Shown here: in pieces, positions 1-12,779 of the stretch
Position numbering within the stretch: position 1 is the first letter of the stretch
How the letters are laid out: each line of letters starts with the position of its first letter
From: Seison nebaliae
Lineage: Eukaryota
DNA: 42,720 bases
NCBI GenBank assembly: GCA_023231475.1
Contig: JALJEE010000318.1
Span: forward strand, 1-42,720
Reading direction: 5' to 3'
Position numbers and translations under genes: made by a program
Notes under the pieces: generated by a model
The model's database searches: none
Told to the model about the DNA's origin: nothing
What the model saw: the letters and a program-made list of their open reading frames with translations, nothing else

Positions 1-91
1 TGGGTAAAGGTTTGGCAAAGGTGGTCAAAAATCGATCTGATTTTTTTGGTCGTATTTTCTATTGAAATTTATCTTACTAGATCAGTTTTCA

Positions 92-129
92 ATTCTGAAC
101 ATCATCATGTGCTCAGAATTTTAAATTTT
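92..129. repeat. Subterminal inverted repeat (partner at 1333-1369)
   Basis: attctgaacatcatcatgtgctcagaattttaaattt vs revcomp(1333-1369) attctgaacatgatagtgtttttagaatttcaatttt; about 8 mismatches in 37 nt. Confidence 0.75.
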
Positions 130-281
130 GGCTTACAAAAAAAGATATTTGAGTTTATAATTAAACATTTTGAGCTAACATTTTCTGCATTATTAAAAAA
201 GTAAAACATATTTAAGGTGCTATTACGAGAACTTCAAGATAAATTGACTTGAATTAAAGAAATTTTTATTTTATATATAAA

Positions 282-1261
282 TTATACATATTCATGGTCA
301 TACATATCTGAAATATTGTAATATATTTCATTTTCGGTAATTTCATGTTCCGAAATTTCATTTTCTTCTATTGATTGAAATGAAGGAGGATAACAAGTTT
401 TCATAATTCTTATGAACTGAGAAAAAAAATCCATTTTTTGTATCCTCGCTTCCCGTCGCGCAATTGCTTCACAGAGCCTTAAACATTTTTTTTAATGCTG
501 ATGCCTCCTACGTTATATAAGGAAAGTTAATTCTGAAATATTATAGATTCAAATAAACCAGTTTTTCTCATATCTCTCTTTAGCCATCTCCAAAGATTCT
601 CTATATTCTGTGTGTGATTTGATTTACAGTATGTTCGATTGATTCTCGGACATCGGCATTTAGGTCTTATTATACATTAGTAATTTTTGATTTTGATGCA
701 ATTTGATTGATAAAAGATGAACTAAAAAATTCACAAAATAACTTTTCTCCACGATGAATTTTACCCAAAATTTTTCGGCTTTTTTGAAAATTTAGTGTCT
801 GATTGATTCTCGGACAGAACTGTAAGTATAAGGTTTTCAGGTTAAAATTCTATATATTAGCTCTATCTGCACGTGTATTATAATATTACTGTTATTTAAA
901 ATGACGAGAAGTGTTCTTCTTTGCCAATGGAACTCGTCTTCTTACAAATCACACATCTTTGCATATGATAATTTTTCTTTTTACAGGTTAATTTCGTTTC
1001 TTCACCACAACAGACATTAATTTTGAGGACACCTTTATTTCGTAAAAAAATTATTAAATTCTTAGGATCGTCAAAATATAGTTTCATCGTCTGATGGACG
1101 ATATTATTCGGTGAAGATAAGACTAATGATGATGATGATAAGGCTGATGATGATGTAGTAATTGGTGTTTCTGATTGAATGACTAATTCTTCTTCTAGCT
1201 CTTCTTCTGAAGAAGAAACCGGGATATAGTCCGAAGACAATCCCTTTTTTGTGAAAGGCAT
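282..1261 (-). pseudogene. Disrupted ISXO2-like/Merlin DDE transposase
   Basis: ORF 896-1261 has an N-terminal zinc-ribbon-like segment (FLRNKGVL..VCCG...RCVICKKTSSI). 616-590 encodes HTQNIENLW, the Merlin/ISXO2 third-catalytic-E motif, followed by RWLKRDMRK. A C-terminal FSQFIRIMKTCYPP segment ends at a stop at 282-284. Frames are broken and the first two catalytic D motifs are not recognisable. Confidence 0.75.
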
Positions 1262-2626
1262 CTTTTTAGGTAGTTTGAGTTAAACCTAAAATTTTTCGAA
1301 AAGTTTTTTAAACTAAATTTTTTAGAAATTCGAAAATTGAAATTCTAAAAACACTATCATGTTCAGAATCGTTTCAAAGACCTATACGTTTATTTTCAGA
1401 CAAAAAAAAATTTTTTTCTGTGGGGTTCAAACAGACTTTTACCAAGTTAATTGATATTGTCAGTAAACTAACAATATTATTAATATTGAACCCAGAAGAA
1501 TACTCAAGGATAAATTATGATTCATCTATCTTTATTATTCTAATTTGTCTTCTCTGCAAAAGAACTGCATTAAGATGATTAGTCATCAATTTGAGAACAG
1601 TCTACAAATTAATGGTTTCAGCTAATAATTATGCACCACTTTTTAGTCAACTAGAAGAAAGAACAAATAAAAAATCATAAGATGAAGAGTGATGTTCATT
1701 TGATATGTACAATAGGTTGAGAATAATAGAAGTTCATCATTCTGCAATCTATCGTCCATTTTCGATGTTACACAATTTCCATATTGTGATAACGAATTTT
1801 AATTTTATTGTTCTACTGATCCATATCATCACGGAATGGAAAGTTCTCTTTCAAATATTTGGCTTAAAAGTTCAAACGAAACTTATCTCTGTTTTTAAAA
1901 GAATAACAAAGAGAAAAATGCTATGAAGTATCATCAGGGGTTAATTTCGAAAATTTCATCATGTGTTAAATAGAATATTGTCATTCACAATGTATGATCG
2001 AGATAGAATTTGATTAATAATTAATTTGATTCAATTGAATATTCCTTCTCCTTTAATTTGTCTCCATCTATTCCAATGAGAGTGTAATAGTAGTAGTAGT
2101 AGTGGGAGTAGTGATAATAGTAGACTAGGAGACAAACGGAGTAACCAACAAAAAAAACAATCAATTAATATTATTTAAATATTAAATTATTTTCATTATT
2201 GTTATGTGACTGGTTATTCACTGTTTATATGAAATTAAAAATGAATCATCTCATTCTCTAAATTTTTTTAGCAGTCTCACAACAATTCCTTCTTTTTCAT
2301 ACTCTTCTCTAGTTGTTGTGTTTAGAAATATGTTGATGAATCTGAACGCGTCCCAACATTATTTGTTGGAGGAGTCAATTATCACATATTGTCACTTCCT
2401 CTTCAATGGGAGAATAATGAACGATAATAAATGATAAACTATAAGTTCTTCTTCTTCTGTTCCTTCTGTGTGTTGGGGAGGTTGTACGTACCCATCTCTC
2501 CAATCAACTCCTATTTATATTCTATATGTTTTCTATCAAATAAATTTTATGTTTCTCCCATACACATCATTCAAATCTTTATTCAATTATTTCCTTCTTT
2601 TCTCCCATTCTGTTAAATTCAATTGA

Positions 2627-3443
<817 letters not shown>

Positions 3444-4364
3444 AACTGCATCAAATATCAAATATTTTATAAAAATACTGTCCCAAAAAAAAAGAGAGAA
3501 GTGATTCAACCAAAATTTGAAAAAAAATATAACAAGTCGAAAATTGTTTTAAATTTCATCGATTTGTAATAGTTCTTTAACTTTCTATTCGTATTCTACA
3601 CACGCACAACGACGTGCACATGTGTTCCATATTTATTTTGATGACTTGTGTTCCATGTCAAAATGATAATATTTAATCCCCATTCTTCATTTATCGACGT
3701 CAATATAATATAAATACTTTCTTCCAATTTAATAATTCCAATTTCCATGTGTACTCATGAACAACAACTCTTCTCCTGATGATGACAACAGTTGTCAATT
3801 CCGATGAGAAAACGAAATGATCGAATCGAAATCTTGAAATTAATCTAATAATCAATCAATCATTCGAAGAAGAAACGATATCAATATTTCAATTAAACAT
3901 ATTCTCTAACAATCATCATTGTTAACGTTGAGTGTCCGAAATACTTTTACTCTTCTCAAAGAGATTCTAACTCATTTAATTATTATGTCAGAAATTTCAT
4001 GTTGAATTTCTCTATCTCAACTTCGAACAAAAATTTAATAATGATAAGATCATCTATCCGAATTCGTGGAATTTAAATGATTCATTCTGTGAAAGAATAT
4101 AAATAGATAAAGAATAACTATTGAATTGTAAGTATTCTTCCTTCTTTTTTTTTCAATTATACTGTTGATAAGAGAGATTTACTAGTTCCACACTTCTCAT
4201 TAATTTATCGATGCATTATTTTTTTCCTCGGAATTTATTTCCATTATCGATTATTGAAAATAAATTTTACAAATTTCAATCTTTCAACAAAACATTTCTC
4301 CGTTATTATTAAATCATTCGGAAAATTCAAAAGATATATCGTCTATTAAAAAGTTGATGGGAAA

Positions 4365-4979
4365 TTAGATATGAAGTTTTTTCGGTAATTCGTTCTCTTC
4401 GTACATTTTGAAGTAAGCATATTTCTTTAAAAATTTTCTTTTTTGTTGAGGAGTATACCGTAGATCAATATCCGATTTTGTTGGATTATAATGTTTGTTC
4501 AAAACCTTCTTTCCACCAAACGACGAATCATACAATTGTGACAAATGACGATTATTTAACACATTATATTCGAAATGACCTGGACCAGGTGTACTGTCGG
4601 CATTGGAAGTAGGAAATCTGGAAGATGCCATATTAAAAGGACGAAAACATGGAGCATCAGTTGGACTATATTCCAGTTTCTGATAGTTAGTTGGACCAGG
4701 AACTTCTGTTCTTCTTTTAGTAGTGTCGAGTCTTGCTTTTGCGCTTCGATTTCCAAATCCATAACCACGACCATTTGGTAATCTCTTGTCGAATTCGGTC
4801 AAGAAACTTAATTTGTGTAAATTTTGGTAATCACCCGGTCCGATAGGTAAAACTCTACTGGTGGAGTTGTTTTTAATACCTAAATGATTCAAAGGTAATT
4901 TGGAGGGAAATATTGGTCGGTTCTGTGCTGAACCGAAACAAACAACATTCTTATCTTCTTTTTCAAATATTCCGGCCAT
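4365..4979 (-). CDS. PIFO: Pitchfork/CIMAP3-like ciliary protein with SHIPPO (PGP) repeats, 204 aa, single coding exon
   Basis: N-terminal FGSAQNRPIFP...LG, repeated GPGxY/PGP motifs (IGPGDY, VPGPTNY, TPGPGHF) and C-terminal AYFKMY, as in pitchfork/ODF3-family proteins. Probable GTT...CAG 5'UTR intron just upstream of the ATG. Confidence 0.7.
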   Translation of the reverse strand: MAGIFEKEDKNVVCFGSAQNRPIFPSKLPLNHLGIKNNSTSRVLPIGPGDYQNLHKLSFLTEFDKRLPNGRGYGFGNRSAKARLDTTKRRTEVPGPTNYQKLEYSPTDAPCFRPFNMASSRFPTSNADSTPGPGHFEYNVLNNRHLSQLYDSSFGGKKVLNKHYNPTKSDIDLRYTPQQKRKFLKKYAYFKMYEENELPKKLHI

Positions 4980-5252
4980 ATTCCTGAATATGAAACTTCA
5001 AGTTGCAAAATTAATTGAAAGAATAAAAAGATAAAAATCTCCGAACAAAAATAAGGAGAAAATTTTTAATAAATGTGCTAAATGATGTATTTATAATTAT
5101 TATTTATTAAGCGTTGCTAAGAAACTATGTCAACAAAGGAAGTTATTTAAAAAATAAATTAAGTATTGTCCAAATAGAGAAACGATAGATTACATTGCAT
5201 AAATAATAAAAAGGATTTATTCTCAAGAAAACAATTCAAACAAATGGCCATA

Positions 5253-8167
5253 TTAGAAGAGCTTGCATCGATTCAAACCGTTCATTTGGGAACCAACTGG
5301 ACAATTGAAAGCTGTCACAAATTCTTTCGATGATCTCAAAATAAGATTAATCCTTAATTCAAATAAACTTTACATATTTTCCTTACTATTTAAATTATTA
5401 ACATTACGTCATTCGTATATCGTCCAGTTTTCTGCTGCATATTGTTCCAATATCTTCCTTCCTCTGCTCGCGATTCACATTGAGCCTATGGATCCAATGA
5501 AATTATTGAGATATCAACTTCAATTCTCTATAGTTAACTTGAGTATAGGCAAGGAAAAACATTTGGTCGGTAGTATTGAATCCAGGTGCAGGTAAATCAA
5601 ATAAAGCATTCTGTTTGTAACCGTTCCATGCCTAAAATTGTGGAAAAAGAAATGGAATATAACAACATATATTATTTCGAAATAAAAACTTGATACGCTA
5701 AATCTAATCCACCTTTTTCGTTAATTAGAAATGGAGCTGCACGTCCACCGTTTAATTTTACCTAAATTAAATTATCAATATAGATTATGGGAAAGGGATT
5801 CATCTAACGTACCAATCAGTATTTTTATAAACATATGGACCAATAGTTAGGCCGTCAACATTATTCACATAACAAGATAATCCCTTATTATAATTATTCA
5901 TCGTTGTATTGGTCCAAGGATCCTTACTAATATAAGTACCATTTGGACTGTATTTTGAACCTGTTACGATAGGAAATTGATTAGACAAGGGAAATAGTTT
6001 GAAGAATAACCGGCAAGATTTACTATTTTAATTAATTGGTTCGACACCAAACCGACGAATGAACCAAAGTTAACTGATTGAGGTGATTCTGGTGAATAAA
6101 TATTTGGACGTAAAATTCCAGCTGTTACCAACAAATCGTTTCGATACATGGAATACATGATTTGGCTATCGACAGGCTTGTAATAAGTCCAGGTTTTCGT
6201 AAGATCGTCAAGTGGATTTTTGCCTATTAAGCTTTTATACGTTTGTTTCATCTTGAACTGATTGTAGGCAATTCTATTCTGATAATAAACGGGAGAAGAT
6301 GCATCGAACTTTTTAAATGAATATCGTAACTGAGTTCAAATAAATTTCAAACCTCTTCATAAAATTGATCAATTGATTCATCACTCTTCAAATAATCTGC
6401 ATATGATATCGACTCTGTCATATACTCCATTTTTTGAATAGTAAAATCTCGTTCACTTTGTGTCATCCAACTGTAACCATTAACACGTTTGCGTAATTCA
6501 TCTCGAACTTGTCTAATCATAACGTCAATCTAAAGATAGAATTCGATTACTAATGACAGTTAATAATAATGGATAACTCGACCACGATTGATATCACCAA
6601 TATGTTGAGCAATGTATAATCTGCTCAATGCATCTGGCATCATTCTCTTTAACTCTTTATAGCATGTTTGTTCATTCGAGACATATTTTTTACTATACGT
6701 TATACTGTCGAAGAATTTTCGATAAATCAATACATAATCATGTCCAAAATCTAATTTATATTGATAGAACGAATGCCATTTGATGAATCGTGCCAATTTT
6801 CTTCCAAATAATAATAATAAAATTCAACATTAACAAAATTTGAAGTGAAACCTTTGTTGATCGGCTGTACCTGTGGCATACTGGTTGAAGAAAGCCAATG
6901 CTTTCTTCAAAGCACCATAACTTTGAACACCAATTAATGGGTTTGATCCAAAATCCATCAAGGGGAAAATCTGTTGTAGAACTAAACCAATATCTATCTA
7001 TAAATAAATATTAATGAATGAGATATTGAGAGGAACAAAATGTGTGAGAACTGGAATTTCTGTAGTTAAATTGGTAAACGGTACAACATCGGTTAAGTAT
7101 GAGATACCCGCATAAATTTTAGCCAATGCAGTTTCCACTTCTATAACATCATCTCGAAATGTGTTTTGGAAATTTTTATCAGGATCAATGTTCGGAAATT
7201 GATCTTTTTGCATTTTCTCGATGACACCAACAATGTATTTCTTGTAAGCGTTCAATCGCTGTTGATTGATGAAATGAAGAAATTTATTATAATAAATTAT
7301 AAAATAATAAAAATTAAATTTAAACATTTGAATAGTATGAACTAGGTAAAGTATAAGAAAAGGTGGATAGACCAAGTTTTCCACGACTTAACGTTAGACT
7401 TTTCTTTGATAACTTTCCAAGTGTCTTTATTCCAAGATCGAAGAAACTGTCTGTCTTATATTTGACGTGATGATCGGCCATTAACTGTACTAGAAATGTC
7501 CTATCTGCTGTGGTGGGTGTATCGAGTAATTGAAATTCACTTGAAACAGAAACACTAGTTTTAGATCTATCATAGTCCGAAGCACAATTCTGATAGACAG
7601 TCTACAAAAGATAATAATTTAGGGAATAATCTAAAAAAAAGATTAAAATGAAAGGAAACCTTCACTTTCTGTTCATATGATCTTGCAGATGTTCGATTAA
7701 CTTTCTTATCTAACAAACTCATCAATAATTTATCGAGAGATTTTTTTAATAATGATTGTGGATTTTTCTTTGAATATCTTCCAACAACCGGATGCATTTC
7801 CGCAAATTTGCCACATGCAAACTTATAGAAATTATCACATGGATAGACATGGTCATTTAACAGATCTCTCATTCGTACCGCTGAATCGAGGCAGCCTTTA
7901 GTTGTACAATATTTATAATTGTTTGGTGGTTTGGCGAAGGTTTGTTTTACTAAAAATAGAAGTTTTTCTCTTTTGTTAGAATGAAACTTGTTTCTAACAT
8001 GCTGCCGTTTCTTCATTCATGTATCCATGATATACTTGAAATTTCCCATGGACGTGCAAAGTAGCAATCACAAGAGCGAATGCAGTTATTCCTAAGGCGA
8101 CGGTGATGAAAAAAAGTAATGCTTTTCGTTTATCAGCTCTCGTATCTTCGATGAATGTGGTAAACAT
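5253..8167 (-). CDS. Neprilysin/ECE-like (peptidase M13) type II membrane protein, 13 coding exons, predicted non-catalytic
   Basis: N-terminal signal anchor (ALLFFITVALGITAFALVIATL), CTTKGC..., PCDNFYKFACG, TAGILRP, QMFFLAYTQ..C and FVTAFNCPVGSQMN..RCKLF. Twelve GTT..AG introns join the exons in frame. The HExxH position reads NQLIK (6041-6027). Confidence 0.9.
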
Positions 8168-8484
8168 GGTGGAAAGGTATTCTTTCTTCTGATGAGATAA
8201 AAAATTTATTCAACTAAATCTTTACTAATTCACTAACGAATATTTCGATAAGTAAACACTTGGGAATTTTAAAGAAATGTTTGTATAATTCATGTTGACG
8301 ATTAAGCGAAGAAGATTGGGAGAATCTCTCTTTTAAGTTTATTTAATCATATCTTATTTTTAGTTGGTTTGTGGGCAGAAGTAAGAAGTGTAGAATGGAA
8401 TTTATTGAATTTTATTTGAAATAATTTAAATAAAAATATAATTTAGAGAATTTATGTTCCAAAATCTCTCTCATTCTTATTCAT

Positions 8485-8875
8485 TCAACAATGATCTGTC
8501 TTGAAACTTATCAAAAGTTGTCCTTCTTCAGCTTTTATCGATTTAGTGATTTTCGGTTTCTCATAAGCACTGATATATCTCTTGAACTGTCAAGAGAATA
8601 TAAAAAGTTCAAAAAAAATAAATCAAAACTTTCCGCTTTCTAGACATCGAAATATAACGGTACCAATACACGCTCAACAATATGGAAACGAAGAGGAATA
8701 TGGTCAAATTGAACGTCAATACAAAATAATTCAAAATTTGGCATTCTGAATCTGCATGCTAATTTAAAAGAGAGAGAGAAAAAGAAAGAGTGAAGTTTGA
8801 ATAAAATGGAACTTATTAAAATTTAACATTTATTTTCGGTGATGGACATGAGCAATTATAATCCACTCGTGACAT
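8485..8875 (-). CDS. Small single-pass membrane protein, 92 aa, 3 exons (8875-8828, 8758-8630, 8586-8485)
   Basis: Two GTT..AG introns (69 and 43 nt) join an open frame: MSRVDYNCSCPSPKINHADSECQILNYFVLTFNLTIFLFVSILLSVYWYRYISMSRKRKFKRYISAYEKPKITKSIKAEEGQLLISFKTDHC*. One hydrophobic helix is followed by a basic cluster. Confidence 0.65.
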
Positions 8876-8890
8876 TAATCAGAAATTGAA

Positions 8891-8950
8891 GGATGATATA
8901 CAGGATGTAATATACGGATGTAATACAAGGATGTATATATTATACGATGT
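8891..8950. repeat. Short degenerate tandem repeat (GGATGTAATA-like, about 5 units)
   Basis: ggatgatataca ggatgtaatatac ggatgtaatacaa ggatgtatatattatac gatgt. Confidence 0.6.
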
Positions 8951-9416
8951 GAGAAAATTATTTAAATATATATACTATTTCTAATAATAGAAATTATTCG
9001 ATTCTAAACTTTCTTCGATGAAAAAAAGGAAAAAATAAAAATTAAAATTAAAATATAGAAATAAATAAAAATATTTCTAATGTGAGTAAGAGTAATAAAA
9101 ATAATAATACTTGTGGTAATAGTAGTAGATTAGCAAATAAATCGATTGTAATGAATGATAAAATCATAATTTAATTTGAGAACTGAAAGGAAGATAAATT
9201 GTTGTTTTTATAAAAAATGTTTTTTCAAAAATTTAAAACAGCTGGAAAAGATAAATAACGAATAAATATTTTTGAATAATTCTAAATCAAATTATTTTGC
9301 CTTCCAAGAAAGAATGAGAGAGAAGTTCTTATGAGATAAGGAAACTATTGGGAGATAAGGAGCATAGAGAGCTGACAAATTCGTCGATGTTCACAGAAGA
9401 AAAATGAAGATTTTAT

Positions 9417-12400
9417 TCATGAATAATATTCTCCGATTTTAAATAGGAGTGTCTGGAAATCTTGTTTTTCCATGGCATATTCCAAAAATTGACTAATTTC
9501 ACGTAGTTTCCCTTCATCTAAAACAACGATCCATTTGTATTGTGGATTATTTCTGGGCATATTATCCACAGCTTCTTGGATGAGTGGTATCATATTTTTC
9601 CCGTAAACACTTTGAAGTGATTCAATGACTTCTCCAAATTTCTTTAGTACACCACCTGGTGGTCGACGACAACTAATTTCGAGGATTTTACTTATAATCA
9701 ATTTATGTTTCATTTCACTAATCTCTTGTACGAATGATTTGATCACGACATTCACATCATTCGTCCCGTCATTAAATATTGAGAGATTGAAAAAATGAGA
9801 AAGAAAAGCGGCTGAATGTTCTGCGGCTTCTTTCGATTTAATTCCTAACGAATAAATGGCGATATCGATGATGGTGTAAAGATGTTCCTTATATTTCGTT
9901 AATTCTAATGGACAATTCTTTGTAATTCGAGTAATGAGACGGAAGAAGTCGTCAATATAATCGGCATTTTTATGAACCGATTTCTCGTTATTGAGAATAT
10001 CATTCAATTTCCCAATGAAACAATGAAGCATGTCGATGAGGAAGATGGCTTCTCGTCGAATATCAGAAACCATCTGATTCGGATTGAAATGAGTATATTC
10101 ATCCACAAGAATCGATGTCAAATAAATATAAGTGGATGATGGTTTCTTTTCGAACAATGTTGCTATTACTTTGCACAATCTCTCCAGATGTTCGACAGAA
10201 GTACAACTAACATATCGAATGATATATCGGATAGTTCGACTACATTCTTCGATCATTATTTCGGAACGATAATCATTCTCCAATAATCGTATCATAGTAT
10301 CGACAGTACTGCTAGCGATATCTTGATAAACGACAAATCCTAATTGTTTGGCATGTTCCATACTGGACAAATGTTTCGCAGATTGTCGTTGATCGTAGAG
10401 GAATTTAAACACGTTTCCACACTTGATCACATGAAACTCCAATAAATTCACACGTTGCTTATACAATTTTTCATTTTCAAATTTCTTATCAATCAAATTA
10501 TCGATGAGAGTGCAGGAATAATGCACGAGACTTTTATACGATTCTTTTTGACATTCGATTGACGGATGGATTTCTGTTGCGGCCAATGATGCTTGCAATA
10601 AATTGTTCAATGATTTTTGTGAGAGAAATGATTGATGTTCTTCATTTATCGAAATGTTTAACATGGAAAATATTTCCTTTTCTCTCACCGACAACAATTG
10701 AGTGGAAGCGAGAATTTGTTGGAAATGTGGTTGGAGAATGATCGTTCGGAATAGATTGATACAATTCATCAAATATTTTATTCGTTCTTCAACATTCGAA
10801 CTTCCATTTGGTGATTTGTCGAATAATAATTTCATTCGATTACTCTTCGAGAGAACTGATGTCATTTCAATAAAGAAATCATCAATAAACTCACAAATAT
10901 CTTCATTAATTGCATTGTCTTCTTTCGGATTGAATAGTTGGAGAATTTTCTCAAAAATGATCGTAGAACAACCAATCCCTCCACAACACATCCATGGAAC
11001 GAGACTGTGAAGGATATTAAATATTGCCAAATACAAATGTTTATTCATCAATTTATAATTCCATAAAATATTATCGACTATATAAATCAAAAAATTTTGT
11101 GTCTTCTCATGTGGTCGATTGGTTGGCATATGTTCCAATGGACCTGTAATGAAATATAATAACACTTCAACATCATACCAATTCTCGATGATATTCTCCG
11201 ATTGTATCGAAACGTTCAATCGATCATAAACTTGATCAATTAGTACATCATTTCCCAATATCGATTTAATATCAAGAATCAGATTCGCTATCTGTTTCCT
11301 CAAATAAAGAAGTTCGTCTTCCGAATCCACATCATCAGGTGTGAATGATACATAGATTGCTAAATTGCTGAAAATTTCGATAGCATATTTAGCGAAATCT
11401 TTCTTCGCTAATTTCTGGAATTCATGTGAATTGTGATGATATTGTAACAGTTCGAACCAGAAGTCCAAAGTCTCCCTAAACAAATTCCTTTGTTTACTTT
11501 CCTCACTTAAACGGATGAGATTGAAAATGGATTCTAATTTGATTTCAGGTAATTGATAAATGTGCATTCGTTGTAGAATGTTCACATCATAACTCTCTAA
11601 TGATTCATTCATTTTCTTCTTAGCATCATCGTCAATTACAAGACTTAATAAATTAGTTGACATAGCAGAAAAAATGCGGATGTAACAACGAACCACATGC
11701 AACAATTCATCATCATCATCTAATTGGAATGTGAATGAACGTTTATCTCCTGATGATGATAATTCGGTTTTTTCTACTTCTATTTGTTTCTCTTGAATTT
11801 CTTTTATTAATTTCTCATTTAATTGTTTGAAAATGACAAGAAGATCTTCCGTCCGATAATAGAGACATTTGATGAATGCCGGATACTCTAATTGTCGTTC
11901 ATACGTTTTCCATAAATTGATGAATACTGTGGAAATAGCGACAAGAATTCGACCATTATTCTCCATTAATTCCTTCCCAACATTCTTCAACGCATCAAAC
12001 AACTTAATAAGAATCTCCCAAAATACTTCGTCGTTATCGATGAAATGTTTCATATGAAGTAAATCTTCATCAATCCACGAAATGAGACAATCACTTATAA
12101 TCAACAAATGATCAAATGAAGAATATCTCTCATCATTTATACATAATGTTATTAGTGTTAATAAATGAGTGGATGATTCTTTTAAGAATTTCCGAATCTC
12201 TTCTCGTCGATGTTGTCCCAAATGAAGATATTTATCTGATAATTCTTGAGCGATGAATGTCAACAATTCAATTGATGACAAAATAAATTGAATTTGTTGT
12301 TGAGAATCTTTCATTTCCATATATTTCATTTCAATATATTCGAAAACATTTTTCTCTAACGGACATTTCACTATGATATCAGCCAGTGCAATCTGTAACG

Positions 12401-12713
12401 ATCGACGACATTTTGATGATAATTCACTTTTAGTCATCAATTCAAATAATTTTACAATCGCTTCAGGTATGTTAACCGATTCGATATTCTTTTGAATGAC
12501 ATGCCGAATTGTCTGTCCACAGAATAAAGATGATTCCATCGTTTTATTTAACTCGATAATTCTCATCGATAGATCAAAGGCACAGCCATGCTTCTTGAAC
12601 TCCTGCAAATATTCGTTCGCCTTATCTCTCTCCACTTTGACTTGGCTGGCATACAATGTAGAAATCCATTCGAGAACTTGGTCAATTGTTGATTCATTTA
12701 CGATTTCACTCAT
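9417..12713 (-). CDS. TNPO3: Transportin-3 (importin-beta family, SR-protein import receptor), 1098 aa, uninterrupted CDS
   Basis: TNPO3-type motifs: LYASQ..ERDKANEYLQEF, ESSLFCGQT, LGQHRREEI, EECSRTIRYIIR, YIYLTSILVDEY, DYIDDFFRL. The first ATG is at 12713 (the ORF track starts at an upstream TTG), preceded by a CAGCAG acceptor of a likely 5'UTR intron. Confidence 0.85.
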   Translation of the reverse strand: MSEIVNESTIDQVLEWISTLYASQVKVERDKANEYLQEFKKHGCAFDLSMRIIELNKTMESSLFCGQTIRHVIQKNIESVNIPEAIVKLFELMTKSELSSKCRRSLQIALADIIVKCPLEKNVFEYIEMKYMEMKDSQQQIQFILSSIELLTFIAQELSDKYLHLGQHRREEIRKFLKESSTHLLTLITLCINDERYSSFDHLLIISDCLISWIDEDLLHMKHFIDNDEVFWEILIKLFDALKNVGKELMENNGRILVAISTVFINLWKTYERQLEYPAFIKCLYYRTEDLLVIFKQLNEKLIKEIQEKQIEVEKTELSSSGDKRSFTFQLDDDDELLHVVRCYIRIFSAMSTNLLSLVIDDDAKKKMNESLESYDVNILQRMHIYQLPEIKLESIFNLIRLSEESKQRNLFRETLDFWFELLQYHHNSHEFQKLAKKDFAKYAIEIFSNLAIYVSFTPDDVDSEDELLYLRKQIANLILDIKSILGNDVLIDQVYDRLNVSIQSENIIENWYDVEVLLYFITGPLEHMPTNRPHEKTQNFLIYIVDNILWNYKLMNKHLYLAIFNILHSLVPWMCCGGIGCSTIIFEKILQLFNPKEDNAINEDICEFIDDFFIEMTSVLSKSNRMKLLFDKSPNGSSNVEERIKYLMNCINLFRTIILQPHFQQILASTQLLSVREKEIFSMLNISINEEHQSFLSQKSLNNLLQASLAATEIHPSIECQKESYKSLVHYSCTLIDNLIDKKFENEKLYKQRVNLLEFHVIKCGNVFKFLYDQRQSAKHLSSMEHAKQLGFVVYQDIASSTVDTMIRLLENDYRSEIMIEECSRTIRYIIRYVSCTSVEHLERLCKVIATLFEKKPSSTYIYLTSILVDEYTHFNPNQMVSDIRREAIFLIDMLHCFIGKLNDILNNEKSVHKNADYIDDFFRLITRITKNCPLELTKYKEHLYTIIDIAIYSLGIKSKEAAEHSAAFLSHFFNLSIFNDGTNDVNVVIKSFVQEISEMKHKLIISKILEISCRRPPGGVLKKFGEVIESLQSVYGKNMIPLIQEAVDNMPRNNPQYKWIVVLDEGKLREISQFLEYAMEKQDFQTLLFKIGEYYS

Positions 12714-12779
12714 CCTGCTGCAATCCTTCACAAGAAAAAATGTGAATATTTCTTATTTTATTTATTTCTTCTGAACAGC

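Larger units (their letters stand above)
3..1443 (-). mobile_element. Degenerate Merlin (IS1016/IS1595, ISXO2-like) DNA transposon, probably non-autonomous
   Basis: Ends form an imperfect inverted repeat starting GG: GGTAAAGGTTTG at 3-14 vs revcomp of 1432-1443 GGTAAAAGTCTG (10/12). A second inverted pair lies subterminally (92-129 vs 1333-1369). Transposase fragments lie inside on the minus strand. The left target-site duplication would fall outside the window. Confidence 0.75.

Noticed and set aside
1500..1960. Possible small gene between the transposon and Cdc42
   Set aside because: A minus-strand acceptor-like tract is present near 1651-1680, but I could not build a consistent spliced ORF on either strand.
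5263..5595. 110-aa plus-strand ORF
   Set aside because: Antisense to the last exons of the neprilysin-like gene.
10559..12774. Plus-strand ORFs inside TNPO3
   Set aside because: Short antisense shadows of a long coding strand with no recognisable motifs.
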